Source: Thermodesulfobacteriota bacterium (GTDB taxonomy: Bacteria > Desulfobacterota > Desulfobacteria > Desulfobacterales > SURF-7). Taken from it: DNA of 64,000 nt. A program made the position numbers and the translations under genes. The notes under the pieces are model-generated. The model worked only from the letters and a program-made list of their open reading frames with translations. It did no database searches and was not told the origin of the DNA. Position 1 is the stretch's first letter. Each line of letters begins with the position of its first letter. The stretch lies in assembly GCA_049320885.1 (NCBI GenBank), contig JBMORA010000045.1, positions 1-64,000 on the forward strand, read 5' to 3'. Below are positions 51,627 to 62,324 of this stretch, in pieces.

Positions 51627-52091
51627 ATGCGCGGAAACCCACAGCGGACACTCCAACTGATCTCCATCGGCTTGCTCGGCTTGATCATCCTTACCGGATG
51701 CCGGGGCGGGTACCCGCAGACCGTCGAACCCGAGGGGTCCCCGCCATTTATCGTTTATGTCCAGACCGGCAAAATCCTGTACGGGAACTATCTGGCCACC
51801 AGTTCCTTTCGCATCGGCGACACGGCCAATTTTAAAATCACGGTCATCGATGATGACCTTGACATCCAGTCTCTTTCCATCCGGCGTTATTTCCCAAAAG
51901 ACGCCACCGAACCCATCCACCGGTTCAAGCCGTTTGAGCTGCATCAGCAGAAAGAGCGCAGGGAAAGCTTTCTGCTGAACGAACCCTTTGAGGTGACGGG
52001 ACCCACCGGTGAATGCCGCTACGATCTCCTGATCGAGGATGCCCAGGGCAATAAAAGCAATATATACAAATTATTTGTGATTGTTCACTAG
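51627..52091 (+). CDS. Hypothetical lipoprotein, beta-rich
   Basis: Hydrophobic signal ending LTGC. Confidence 0.7.
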   Translation: MRGNPQRTLQLISIGLLGLIILTGCRGGYPQTVEPEGSPPFIVYVQTGKILYGNYLATSSFRIGDTANFKITVIDDDLDIQSLSIRRYFPKDATEPIHRFKPFELHQQKERRESFLLNEPFEVTGPTGECRYDLLIEDAQGNKSNIYKLFVIVH

Positions 52092-52675
52092 ATCCGCCTG
52101 ACGGGGGCGATGGGCGTGATGGGCGCCACCACCTCGCTTCCCTCGGCCCGCCGGGCTTGCTTGCGCAGGAGGGATCTGCGGGTAATCGGGGAATCCCCCG
52201 GCGGATTCTTCGGCATGCGGTTGGAAGCATCCGGTTTAACCGGCCGTCGCCCAGACGGCCGGGGGTTTTCCGCAGGCGGCAAAGCGTCGGCAGCTCCGCG
52301 AACTGCCCTGGCGAAAAAGGCCCGGAAAGTGCCGGTTGCTTTTTGTACTTCCGGTTTCACTGCCGGCCGGGAACGAGGGGGAACGGCAAGCCCTTCCCCA
52401 TCCGCCCGTGGTTCCCGGACGGAGGGGCCGGCGGCCGGCCACCTTGTCCGGGGAGCCGGGCCGGACGAAAAACAGGTTTTGATCCGTTGATAGGCGCTGT
52501 TGATCCGCTTCAGGCGTTCCGCCATGACTTGCTGCAAATCCGGATCGGCCGCATAGCGGTCGGGATGAAATCGCTTGGCACATTTCCGGTAAGCCCGCTT
52601 GACGTCTTCCTCTGAAGCATTCTGGTTCAGTCCGAGCAGACGGAAGGCTTGATGAAGTTCCGGGTCGGAATACAT
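52088..52675 (-). CDS. J-domain protein with a basic, disordered tail
   Basis: LLGL...VKRAYRKCAKRFHPD...INSAY. Confidence 0.8.
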   Translation of the reverse strand: MYSDPELHQAFRLLGLNQNASEEDVKRAYRKCAKRFHPDRYAADPDLQQVMAERLKRINSAYQRIKTCFSSGPAPRTRWPAAGPSVREPRADGEGLAVPPRSRPAVKPEVQKATGTFRAFFARAVRGAADALPPAENPRPSGRRPVKPDASNRMPKNPPGDSPITRRSLLRKQARRAEGSEVVAPITPIAPVRRI

Positions 52676-52980
52676 GGGGCTGATGATACCTCATACCGCC
52701 GGGGGGATCAACAGGAATCAACGATCCACAGCACCCGAACCGGCACCAATGACATGGGAGGTATATTCCGACCCGGTCATGAAAGGATTGATTTTTGCCG
52801 GGTTCCGGTATATGGCAAACATCATCGGACATTGTTTCAGCGGTCCGGGGAAGGTGATCCGCCTTCCCCTGCGGACCTGCATGACGGCGTTCCCCTCTTT
52901 TTCATCGAACCTATCTAAACAAAAAAATGAAATGGCTGCATGCAGGATCATTATGATTACCGGGATACGAATTCAACTAT

Positions 52981-55900
52981 ATGGGGTACGATATGGCAAC
53001 AGGTGACATTTCGACCATGATAAATCCGAAAAAAATCAGCAGGGCGCTGGGCATCTGTCTGGGCGCCTCCACCATTTCCCTGGTTCAGCTGCAGCGGGAC
53101 GACTGTCAAAGCGAGGCAGCGACGGATCATCCGAACCGGACCATCCGCGTGGTCCATCATGAACTCCATGTCCATGGGGGAAATCCCAAAAAAGTGCTGC
53201 AAACCGTAGTCGACAGCATGGGTATGGACGATTTTGACACCATAGCGGTCACCGGCCGTAAATTTCAGAAATTCATCAATCTTTCCACCGTTTCCGAGCC
53301 CGAAGCCGTGGAGTACGCCTACCATTTCACCAAACCGCCCGGCGTGGAATGTCCGGCGGTGGTTTCAGCCGGCGGCGAAACTTTTATGGTGTACGTTCTC
53401 AATTCGGAAGGCAAGATCGCCAATGTACTGACCGGCAACAAATGCGCGTCGGGCACCGGCGAGTTTTTTCTCCAGCAATTGCGGCGGATGGACGTCGCCC
53501 TCAGCGAAATCGGCGACTGGGCGGACTGGGAGACCCCCTACCATGTTTCCGGACGCTGTTCGGTTTTCTGCAAATCGGATTGCACCCATGCCACCAACAA
53601 AGGCATCCCCAAATCCAAAGTCACGGCGGGACTTTGCGTCATGATGGCCAACAAGGTGCTCGAACTGCTGAAAAAAGTCCAGCGCCGGCAGATCATGATC
53701 ACCGGCGGCACGGCCATGAACCAGATGATGATCGAAAATCTGCGCAGGGAAATACCGGATCTCATCGTTCCGGAGGAAGCGCCCTATTTCGAAGCCCTGG
53801 GAGCGGCCCTCTGGGCCCTGGAAAATCCCACCCGCCCCTTTCCGGGCATTGCATCCCTGTTCCGGACGGAAATGCAGCCGTTTGCCGCCCTGCCGGCCCT
53901 CCAGGACTGTCAAAATCTCGTGACCTTCAAGACCCTGACCCGCGGTACGGTTTTTCCCAAGGACCGTTGTCTTCTGGGACTCGATGTGGGCTCCACCACC
54001 ACCAAGGCAGTCCTGCTGCGCGAATCGGACCATGCCCTGCTGGCCTCCGTATATCTGCGCACCAACGGGGATCCGGTGGGCGCCGCCCGGCTCTGCTACC
54101 GTTCCATTCGCGATCAGATCGCCGAGCGGTTCGATCCCGGCCTGGTGGATATCATCGGATTGGGCGTCTGCGGCTCCGGAAGGCAGATCGCCGGCCTGCA
54201 CGCCCTCACCGACGGCGTGATCAATGAAATCATCGCCCACGCCACCGCGGCGGTTTATTTCGACCCCAAGGTCGATACGATTTTCGAAATCGGCGGCCAG
54301 GACGCCAAATACACGTACATCGTCAACAGCGTACCTGCGGATTACGCCATGAATGAAGCCTGTTCGGCGGGTACCGGTTCGTTTCTGGAGGAATCCGCCC
54401 TGGAATCGCTGAACGTGGCCATGGAAGATATCGCCGGAATCGCCATGCAGGCCACCCGGCCGCCCAATTTCAACGACCAGTGCGCGGCCTTCATCGCCTC
54501 GGACATCAAGAACGCCATTCATGAGGGGATCGCCCACGAGGATATCATCGCCGGACTGGTCTATTCCATCTGCATGAATTACAGCAATCGGGTGAAGGGA
54601 AATCGGCCCGTGGGGGAAAAAGTGTTCATGCAGGGCGGGGTTTGTTACAACCAGGCGGTTCCCATGGCCATGGCCGCGCTGGTGGGTAAACCCATCGTGG
54701 TTCCCCCGGAGCCCGGACTCATGGGCGCTTTCGGTGTGGCCCTGGAGGTGGAAAAGCGTATCCGGAGCGGCCTCATGGCCGAGCAGCGCTTCGATCTCCA
54801 TACCCTGATCAACCGGGAAGTGGAATACGGCAAGTCCTTCACCTGTCGCGGCGGCGGCGACAACTGCGATCGCGGCTGCAAAATCGCCATGATTCACCTG
54901 GAAGGCAAGCGCTATCCGTTCGGCGGCGCCTGCAACCGGTATTACAATCTGAGGCTCCACATTCAACATGACGTGCAGCAATTCGATCTGGTGAAGCTCC
55001 GAAACCACCTGGTCTTTTCCAAATACGCTGGAAAACCGGAACCGACGCTTCGCGGAGGACCTCGCCCCAGGGTCGGCATCAACCGGAGTTTCCTGGTAAG
55101 CACGTTTTTCCCGCTGTATTCCACTTTTTTCGCCGAAATCGGCTTCGAGCCGGTGATGCCGGAAACCCCTTCCCAGGCCGGAATCGACATGCGCGAGTCG
55201 GCTTTCTGTTATCCCGCGGAATTGTCCCATGGTTTTTTTCACTCCCTGATCTCCGGGGATGATCCGCCCGACTATATCTTTCTGCCGCATCTGAAAGCCA
55301 TCCCCAGCCAGAACGGGAAGGAGGTGTCGCTGACCTGCCCCTTTGTACAGGGCGAAACGTTTTTCCTGCAATCCACCTTCCGGAAGTTCCTCGCGGAATT
55401 AGCGGCCCGGGGGAAGAAAGTCCTTTCGCCCCTCCTCGATCTGAGCGCCGGGTTGGAGGCGGCGGGGCCGGCGCTGATCGACATGGCCGGCAACCTGGGC
55501 GTGCGGAAAAAAGACGCGGAAAAAGCCTTTGCCAAAGCCCTCCAGGCCCAGCGGGCATGCGAGGCGGAGATGCGGGCCATGGGTCGCAAGGCCCTGGAGG
55601 AGATTGAAAAACAGCCGGACCGGATGGCAGCGGTGATCTTCAGCCGCTCCTACAACGGCCTGGTGGATGAGGCCAACATGGGCATCCCGCATAAAATCGC
55701 TTCCCGGGGTGTAACGGTGATCCCCGCGGACTTTCTTTCCTTCGAAGACACGGAAACCCGCCGACACATGTACTGGGGCACGGGGCAACGCCTCCTGAAA
55801 GCGGCGGCCGTGGTCAAGCAGCATCCCCAACTGTTCGGCGTCTATATCACCAATTTTTCCTGCGGACCGGACTCCTTCATCATCACGTATTTCCGGGATC

Positions 55901-57399
55901 TGATGGAAAGAAAGCCCTCGTTGACCCTGGAGTTGGACAGCCACACCGCCGACGCCGGCCTGGAAACCAGAATCGAGGCCTTCCTGGACATCGTTTCCGC
56001 CTACCGGAAACTGGTTGCCCGACGGGAAATCCAGACCTTGCAACAACCGTTTTCACCGGCCCGCACCTTGATGGAAGACGGCTCCTTCCAGGTGCAAACA
56101 TCATCGGGCAGACGGCTTTCCCTGAATGATCCGAAGGTGACGGTCCTGTTCCCCTCCATGGGACGCCTGGCTTCCGAGGCCATCGCGGCCGTGTTCCGCT
56201 CCAGGGGGTTCAACGCCGTGGTTCACCCGCCGGCTGACGAAGCCGTGCTGAAACTCGGCCGGGCCAATACGTCCTGCAAGGAATGCTTGCCGCTCATCCT
56301 GACCACCGGCACCTTGTTGAACTATGCGGAAAAATGGAAGCAACAAGATGAAGTGCTGGTCTATTTCATGCCCACCGGATCAGGACCCTGCCGATTCGGC
56401 CAATATTACGTTTACATGGAAGACCTGATCCGCCGGCTGGGATTGCCGGACGTGACCCTTTTCTCCCTCACCTCGGAAAACGGCTATGCCGGCATGGGCA
56501 ACCAGGTCCAGCTCCGGGCCTGGTGGGGTGTCATCGTTTCGGATGTGATGGAAGACATCCGTTCCATGCTCCTGGCCGACGCCGTCAACCCGCGGGAAGC
56601 GGAGATATGCTTCGAAACCGAATGGCGGTCCGTCCTGGACTGCCTGGAAAAAGGCGATTTCCGGTTCCTGGAAGACCGCCTGAAATTAACCGCCGCCCGT
56701 TTCCGGGAGATCCCCATGAAACAACCACCGGAAACCGTCCCCACCATCTTCATGGCCGGGGAAATCTTTGTGCGCCGGGATGCCATCTCGCGGCAATATC
56801 TCACGGAGAAACTGGCGGAAAAAGGCTTTGCCACCGTCTGCGCACCCATCGGGGAATGGCTGCTCTATTCCGATTATCTGGTGGACCGGAACCTGACCGT
56901 CAAGTCCATGAATTTCAAGGAACGGATGGCCTTCGCCATCCGCAAACGGTTGATGGGGCATTATGAAAAACGCATCAAGAAAATCCTGGGCGGCTCCGGA
57001 CTCGTCCAGATGCATGCCATCGATATCCGGCGGGTTATCCGGAACGCCGCCCCCTTTATTTCGGAAAACCTCACCGGCGAGGCGGTGCTGACAGTGGGCA
57101 CCTCCCTGGCCGAAATTGCCACCCAGGCCTGCGGGGTGATCGCCATCGGGCCCTTTGGCTGCATGCCGAACCGGATTTCCGAATCCATCCTGAATGATGC
57201 CATGAACAGCGACACCAAACTGGCCATCGAACCCCGCAACAGCGCCCTCCGTCGAATCCTGGACAGCGTGGAAGAACTGCCGTTTCTGGCCATCGAAAGC
57301 GACGGATCACCTTTTCCGCAGCTGATCAATGCCAAGCTGGAAGCCTTCTGTCTGAGGGCCGAACGCTTGCATCACCTGATGAAAACCCATCAAAACTGA
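52981..57399 (+). CDS. Four-domain acyl-CoA dehydratase activase-type protein (2x BcrAD/BadFG + 2 dehydratase/reductase-like domains); PlsA/Ger-like
   Basis: KCASGTG/RCSVF and ACSAGTG/QCAAF activase Fe-S motifs, GLDVGSTTTK, FCYPA, FSCGPD, ECLP, GPCRFGQY, PFGCMP. Start may be 52993 or 53017. Confidence 0.85.
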   Translation: MGYDMATGDISTMINPKKISRALGICLGASTISLVQLQRDDCQSEAATDHPNRTIRVVHHELHVHGGNPKKVLQTVVDSMGMDDFDTIAVTGRKFQKFINLSTVSEPEAVEYAYHFTKPPGVECPAVVSAGGETFMVYVLNSEGKIANVLTGNKCASGTGEFFLQQLRRMDVALSEIGDWADWETPYHVSGRCSVFCKSDCTHATNKGIPKSKVTAGLCVMMANKVLELLKKVQRRQIMITGGTAMNQMMIENLRREIPDLIVPEEAPYFEALGAALWALENPTRPFPGIASLFRTEMQPFAALPALQDCQNLVTFKTLTRGTVFPKDRCLLGLDVGSTTTKAVLLRESDHALLASVYLRTNGDPVGAARLCYRSIRDQIAERFDPGLVDIIGLGVCGSGRQIAGLHALTDGVINEIIAHATAAVYFDPKVDTIFEIGGQDAKYTYIVNSVPADYAMNEACSAGTGSFLEESALESLNVAMEDIAGIAMQATRPPNFNDQCAAFIASDIKNAIHEGIAHEDIIAGLVYSICMNYSNRVKGNRPVGEKVFMQGGVCYNQAVPMAMAALVGKPIVVPPEPGLMGAFGVALEVEKRIRSGLMAEQRFDLHTLINREVEYGKSFTCRGGGDNCDRGCKIAMIHLEGKRYPFGGACNRYYNLRLHIQHDVQQFDLVKLRNHLVFSKYAGKPEPTLRGGPRPRVGINRSFLVSTFFPLYSTFFAEIGFEPVMPETPSQAGIDMRESAFCYPAELSHGFFHSLISGDDPPDYIFLPHLKAIPSQNGKEVSLTCPFVQGETFFLQSTFRKFLAELAARGKKVLSPLLDLSAGLEAAGPALIDMAGNLGVRKKDAEKAFAKALQAQRACEAEMRAMGRKALEEIEKQPDRMAAVIFSRSYNGLVDEANMGIPHKIASRGVTVIPADFLSFEDTETRRHMYWGTGQRLLKAAAVVKQHPQLFGVYITNFSCGPDSFIITYFRDLMERKPSLTLELDSHTADAGLETRIEAFLDIVSAYRKLVARREIQTLQQPFSPARTLMEDGSFQVQTSSGRRLSLNDPKVTVLFPSMGRLASEAIAAVFRSRGFNAVVHPPADEAVLKLGRANTSCKECLPLILTTGTLLNYAEKWKQQDEVLVYFMPTGSGPCRFGQYYVYMEDLIRRLGLPDVTLFSLTSENGYAGMGNQVQLRAWWGVIVSDVMEDIRSMLLADAVNPREAEICFETEWRSVLDCLEKGDFRFLEDRLKLTAARFREIPMKQPPETVPTIFMAGEIFVRRDAISRQYLTEKLAEKGFATVCAPIGEWLLYSDYLVDRNLTVKSMNFKERMAFAIRKRLMGHYEKRIKKILGGSGLVQMHAIDIRRVIRNAAPFISENLTGEAVLTVGTSLAEIATQACGVIAIGPFGCMPNRISESILNDAMNSDTKLAIEPRNSALRRILDSVEELPFLAIESDGSPFPQLINAKLEAFCLRAERLHHLMKTHQN

Positions 57400-57433
57400 G
57401 TGGCGGCATGCTGCGGGAAAGGAATCGATTTCA

Positions 57434-58768
57434 TTGAACGATACAAACAAACGGGCGGTATGGGGCTGGGCCCTCTACGACTGGGCTAATTCCGCCTTCG
57501 CCACCACGGTGATGGCCGGATTCTTCCCCATTTTCTTCAAGCAGTACTGGAGTATCGGCGTTGATGTGAACATGAGTACGGCCCAACTCGGTTTCGGCAA
57601 CTCCATGGCCGGCCTGCTGGTGGCCCTGCTGGCTCCGGTCCTGGGGGCCATTGCCGATCAAAGCTCCAGCCGCAAGAAGTTCATGATCTTTTTCGCCTAC
57701 CTGGGCGTCCTCATGACTGCGGCGCTGTTTTTCGTCGGCAAGGGGCAATGGGGCTGGGCCATTCTCATTTACGCCGGCGGTTTCATCGGCTTTGCTGGCG
57801 CCAATGTCTTTTACGACTCGCTGCTGCCGATGGTCGCCGACGAAAACCGGGTGGACCATGTTTCCAGTCTCGGATATTCCCTGGGATATCTGGGAGGCGG
57901 CCTGCTGTTCCTGATCAATGTCCTGATGACCCTGATGCCGGCCGTTTTCGGTCTTCCGGACGCCGCCGCGGCGGTCCGTTTTTCCTTTCTTACCGTGGCG
58001 GTCTGGTGGGGCGGCTTCACCCTGTTCGCCATCTTCTGGGTGCCCGAGGGAACCGACGCCTCCCGCCGCCTGCCCGGCAATCCCGTCACCGCCGGTTTCC
58101 GGCAATTCACGGACACCTTCACCAAAATACGGAACCTGAAAACCGTGGGAATATTTCTGCTGGCCTACTGGTTTTATATCGACGGCGTGGATACGATCAT
58201 CCTGATGGCGGTGGATTACGGAATTTCCCTGGGTTTCGCAAGCAACGATCTGATCGTCGCCCTGCTGATCGTCCAGTTTGTCGGTTTCCCCGCCGCGCTG
58301 GTTTTCGGACGGCTGGGAGAGCGCTGGGGAGTCAAAAAATCCATCTATCTGGGGATTTTCATATACATGCTCATCACCTTCTGGGGGGCCATGATGTCCC
58401 GCAAGGAGGAATTCTATATACTGGCGGGGGCCATCGGGCTGGTCCAGGGAGGAATCCAGGCCCTGAGCCGCTCGTATTACTCCCGACTGATCCCCCCGGA
58501 CCAGTCGGCCGAATATTACGGTTTTTACAACATGCTGGGGAAATTCGCCGCCATCATCGGACCGAGCCTGGTGGGTCTTTCCGGGCTCCTGGCCAGACAC
58601 CTGTTGATGCCGGCCGCCGCCACCCCTGAGCAGATAGCGGCGGCTGGACTCCTGGCAACCCGTTGGAGCATCGCCTCGGTGCTGCTGCTTTTTGTGATCG
58701 GCGCCGTCCTGTTCTATTTCGTGGATGAGAAAACCGGCAGAAGTCAGGCCCACCGGCTGGACCGATGA
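57434..58768 (+). CDS. MFS transporter, UMF1/Atg22 family
   Basis: WALYDWANSAF, LGAIAD, QALSRSYY; about 12 TM segments; TTG start with AAAGGA RBS. Confidence 0.9.
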   Translation: MNDTNKRAVWGWALYDWANSAFATTVMAGFFPIFFKQYWSIGVDVNMSTAQLGFGNSMAGLLVALLAPVLGAIADQSSSRKKFMIFFAYLGVLMTAALFFVGKGQWGWAILIYAGGFIGFAGANVFYDSLLPMVADENRVDHVSSLGYSLGYLGGGLLFLINVLMTLMPAVFGLPDAAAAVRFSFLTVAVWWGGFTLFAIFWVPEGTDASRRLPGNPVTAGFRQFTDTFTKIRNLKTVGIFLLAYWFYIDGVDTIILMAVDYGISLGFASNDLIVALLIVQFVGFPAALVFGRLGERWGVKKSIYLGIFIYMLITFWGAMMSRKEEFYILAGAIGLVQGGIQALSRSYYSRLIPPDQSAEYYGFYNMLGKFAAIIGPSLVGLSGLLARHLLMPAAATPEQIAAAGLLATRWSIASVLLLFVIGAVLFYFVDEKTGRSQAHRLDR

Positions 58769-58967
58769 TACCCCCCGTCATCCGGCGTTTCCGGAGATTC
58801 ATCCGGCCCGCGGACCGGACAACGGGGTCTGCGGGTTCGGTCCTGGAAATTTTCCATTGTTTTTTCTTTAGGGTTCTGTTTTACTTATGCAAATATAGAA
58901 TTGACCTTCACCGGCGGCCGGTCTCCGGCCCAACCGGTTCATTGCGCACAGCTCAAAGGGGGCTCTT

Positions 58968-59822
58968 ATGAAATCCGCCATGACAACCGCTTGTTGCCTG
59001 ATCATCTGCCTTTTCGCGTTCATCCCTTCCACGCTGCCGGCCGCCGAGGAATATCGGTTCGAGGAGGAACTCACCGCCGTCAAGGCCGATCTGGACCGGG
59101 AATACCAGGAGCTTTATCAGCTAAAGTCCGAATTGGAAACCCACCGCCAGAGAGTCAAAACCGACAAGGATCTGGCGGACTATAAAAAAAAACTGGCGGT
59201 CTATGACAATCGGGTGGCCGCCTATGACGAAAAACGCCGCAGCTATGATGAGCGGGTCAGGGCCATCATGGAGGCCGAAGCCGAGAAGCAGGCGATCATC
59301 GACGGCGCCTTGAGCGATCACGAAGGGTACCCGGTGGGGTTGGGCGAGCTTCAAACCACGGAAGAGGCGCCTGCGGAGGAGACAACCGCGGAAACACCGC
59401 CCGGAGAAGAAAACCCGGAAGCCGCCGAAGCCGACCGGCAGGCCGGCGATGAGGAAACCGCGGCGGCAGCAACCAGGCCGGAGGAAATCCAGGCGGTAAG
59501 CGCAGGCGGTGGAACGAAAATCACTCCGGCCCAGTCAGCCAAGGCCCTCCAGGCGGAACAGAAGATCCTGGAAAAACGCAAAGCAGCCATTGATGAGGAC
59601 TTTACCAAACTGTCCAAGGAAAAGGAAGCGGTGGAAACCCGGCGCAAACCCCGGATGACCGTCCGGGAAATAGAGGAATTGAACAAGGAAGTGGCTGAAC
59701 TGAATCAAAAAATCCAGCAGTTCGAGGAAGGCCGCAAGCAGTTTGATTCGGAAGTCGCCGATTACAACAAACGGGTGACCGACGCGGGTCTGGCGGACAA
59801 TCCGCCCCCGGAAAAAAAGTAA
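58968..59822 (+). CDS. Exported coiled-coil protein
   Basis: Signal peptide; two similar helical blocks around an acidic linker. Confidence 0.75.
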   Translation: MKSAMTTACCLIICLFAFIPSTLPAAEEYRFEEELTAVKADLDREYQELYQLKSELETHRQRVKTDKDLADYKKKLAVYDNRVAAYDEKRRSYDERVRAIMEAEAEKQAIIDGALSDHEGYPVGLGELQTTEEAPAEETTAETPPGEENPEAAEADRQAGDEETAAAATRPEEIQAVSAGGGTKITPAQSAKALQAEQKILEKRKAAIDEDFTKLSKEKEAVETRRKPRMTVREIEELNKEVAELNQKIQQFEEGRKQFDSEVADYNKRVTDAGLADNPPPEKK

Positions 59823-59836
59823 AGCGCGTGCTATCC

Positions 59837-60637
59837 TTAGAGTAACTCCCTATGGATCGCGGCCTGAAGCCGGGCCGCATGGTTGGAATAAATAAAATCC
59901 ACGCCGCGTGCGATTTCCCGGTACAGGCAGTTGCGGGAGGAGATGAAACCCGTGCCCACCTGCTGCCCCCTTGCGTGATGCATCCGGATGCGTCCATCCG
60001 ACATGAACAAATAATGGCCGTTGACCCCGCCGTAACCCTCCTCCAGCGCCAGCCGGCTCAAACCGCGGATATTGATCTGGGCGATGGGCATGAAATGGCG
60101 CCGCGGGATGAAATCAATCTTCCGGAACATGTCCGGTGATAGCGTGATCAGGTGGTAATCCCGGCCGGGGGAAAGCCCGGCGAAAATCTCCCCCAGCGCG
60201 CGGTTCTGACGGATGGGATCTGGATAAGGTTCCTGCTTGATTTCCAGCATGAGGTGCGTTTTCCCGCCATACCGTTCGACGACCTCCCGGAGGGAAGGGA
60301 CCAGCGGACAGGCGGCCCGCAGTTCCGCCCAGGTCATACGGGCGATGACCTCCGGCTTGCCGTGCAGGCGCAACAGATCCGGATCATGGCTGATCACCGG
60401 AACCAGATCCCGGGTCCAGCGCAGATCGCATTCCAGGCCCCATACATCGGCGCAAGCAACGGCGTCAAAGGCCCCGAGGGTGTTCTCCAAGACGGTGCGG
60501 TTATCATATTCCCCTCGGTGGGATATCAGGCGGCAGGCCTTCAAGGCCCCGCGGTCGGGCCTGGGAGCGGGGACACGCGCAAAAACCGCATCCGCCGCCT
60601 TCACAAAACAGTTTTCAATCCAATCTGGAATCGCCAT
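59837..60637 (-). CDS. Glycerophosphodiester phosphodiesterase family protein
   Basis: SHRG, ENTL, LECD, SHD, LEIK. Confidence 0.88.
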   Translation of the reverse strand: MAIPDWIENCFVKAADAVFARVPAPRPDRGALKACRLISHRGEYDNRTVLENTLGAFDAVACADVWGLECDLRWTRDLVPVISHDPDLLRLHGKPEVIARMTWAELRAACPLVPSLREVVERYGGKTHLMLEIKQEPYPDPIRQNRALGEIFAGLSPGRDYHLITLSPDMFRKIDFIPRRHFMPIAQINIRGLSRLALEEGYGGVNGHYLFMSDGRIRMHHARGQQVGTGFISSRNCLYREIARGVDFIYSNHAARLQAAIHRELL

Positions 60638-60653
60638 GGAGATTCTTTTCTTG

Positions 60654-61646
60654 TTATTGATCTCCGCCCAGCAAACCTCCCAGGGGGCCTAAAATGGAAC
60701 CTTCTCCCTGGCTGCCGCCCCGCTGGGGAGCGGCCTGGAGCATTCGGCCGGCCAGCCTGGAAAAAGGCAGGGACTGGAGCCAGACTTTTCCGGGGCCCCG
60801 GAGGGTGGCGAAAAACAGGCCTTCCCCCCCGAACAGAGCGGTTTTAATGCCGCCGGCCTGTTGAATGTCGAATTGGACCCCGGGCTCGAAGGCCACGATG
60901 CAACCGGTGTCCACATGCAGGGTTTCGGCGCCGTCCAGGCTCCGCTCCACCACCGTCCCTCCGGCGTGGAGGAACACCATGCCGTCGCCTTCCAGTTTCT
61001 GCATGATGAAGCCTTCCCCGCCGAACAAACCGGTGAGGATCTTGCGTTGAAAATAAATCCCCACCGAAACCCCCTTGGCCGCGCACAGGAAGCTGTCCTT
61101 CTGGCAAATCATGACGCCGCCCACTTTGCGCAAATGCACGGGGATGATATTGCCGGGGAAAGGTGCGCCGAACGCCACATGGGCCTTCCCCTGGCCCCGG
61201 TGGGTGAAAACCGTCATGAAAAGACTTTCGCCGGTTAGCAGGCGCTTGCCCGCGCCCAGCAGTTTATCCATGAAAGTGCCTCCCCCGCTTCCGGAACCAT
61301 CGCCGAACACGGTTTCCATGACTACGGCGCTGTCCTTGTACATCATGGCGCCTGCTTCGGCCACGGCGCTTTCCCCCGGATCCAGTTCGATCTCCACGAA
61401 CTGCATCTCGGAACCGACGATCTTGAAATCGATCTCATCGGCCGTGCGGCCGGTCCCCACCGGAGGCGGCGCCGGCATGAACGGCGCAGGCCTGGTCAAT
61501 TCAGCCACCCGGGAAATGGGCAGCCACTCGGCATATCCCTCCCGCCAGGCGTGTCCGTTGGGATTCCGGGCCACCTGGGCGGCCGCCTGGGCGGGATCGA
61601 GCGGCCCCATCTGATTTCCGTCATAACTCAGGTACCATTGTGTCAT
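60654..61646 (-). CDS. TIGR00266/AIM24-family protein with an N-terminal GYF_2 domain
   Basis: WY...QMGP...[38 protein letters not shown]. Confidence 0.88.
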   Translation of the reverse strand: MTQWYLSYDGNQMGPLDPAQAAAQVARNPNGHAWREGYAEWLPISRVAELTRPAPFMPAPPPVGTGRTADEIDFKIVGSEMQFVEIELDPGESAVAEAGAMMYKDSAVVMETVFGDGSGSGGGTFMDKLLGAGKRLLTGESLFMTVFTHRGQGKAHVAFGAPFPGNIIPVHLRKVGGVMICQKDSFLCAAKGVSVGIYFQRKILTGLFGGEGFIMQKLEGDGMVFLHAGGTVVERSLDGAETLHVDTGCIVAFEPGVQFDIQQAGGIKTALFGGEGLFFATLRGPGKVWLQSLPFSRLAGRMLQAAPQRGGSQGEGSILGPLGGLLGGDQ

Positions 61647-61667
61647 GAATCCCTCCTTTTCGGCTTG

Positions 61668-62324
61668 TCACAAGGGCCCGAGGCCCAACTGGCGGTGGAT
61701 TTCGTTGACGGCCGCCGGATCCAGCGAAAGAAGTCCGGCAAGGGTTCGCAGGTAATTCCGCTCGGCGTCCGTGTCCACCTCCACGGCCACCAGCGAAACC
61801 GTGTACACCATGCGGGCGGTTTCCAGCGAGGTCACCCCTGCGGCGATCCGCTTCGGGTCCATGGGAACGGCCATTTCCTGCCGGATGAACGCTTGTTCTT
61901 CATCCGACAGGTCCGCGGTTTTCAAACGCGCGAAAATAGCTGCCTGTTCCCGGTCATCGATGAGGCCATCGGCGTTGGCCGCGGCGATCATGGCGCGAAT
62001 CAGGAGGACGGCCTCGTTTTTCGGCTCCGGCGCCCCGCCGGAAAACATGGAAACACCGGGCGGCGGCGGGGGCTGCCGGGAAGGACCGGGCGGCGGAGGC
62101 GGCGCCACCGGAGTCTGCCCCGGCCGCCGGAAATCACCGGTGGGGATGCCATAAGTCGGCGGAGGCGCCGACGGCTGGTTTTGGGCACGGTCCATGTAAT
62201 GCGACACTGCTTCCATGGCCACGCCTAGAAGGCCCAGGGCTGCGCCGCCAGGAACCAGCGAATCACCGCGGCGGCCGATTCCGGATGAAATCAACCCTTT
62301 CAGCAGTTTTTCCGGATTAAACAT
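61668..62324 (-). CDS. DUF533/TerB-like protein
   Basis: LLIRAMIAAANADGLIDDRE...AERNYL; AAGGAG RBS before ATG 62324. Confidence 0.82.
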   Translation of the reverse strand: MFNPEKLLKGLISSGIGRRGDSLVPGGAALGLLGVAMEAVSHYMDRAQNQPSAPPPTYGIPTGDFRRPGQTPVAPPPPPGPSRQPPPPPGVSMFSGGAPEPKNEAVLLIRAMIAAANADGLIDDREQAAIFARLKTADLSDEEQAFIRQEMAVPMDPKRIAAGVTSLETARMVYTVSLVAVEVDTDAERNYLRTLAGLLSLDPAAVNEIHRQLGLGPL

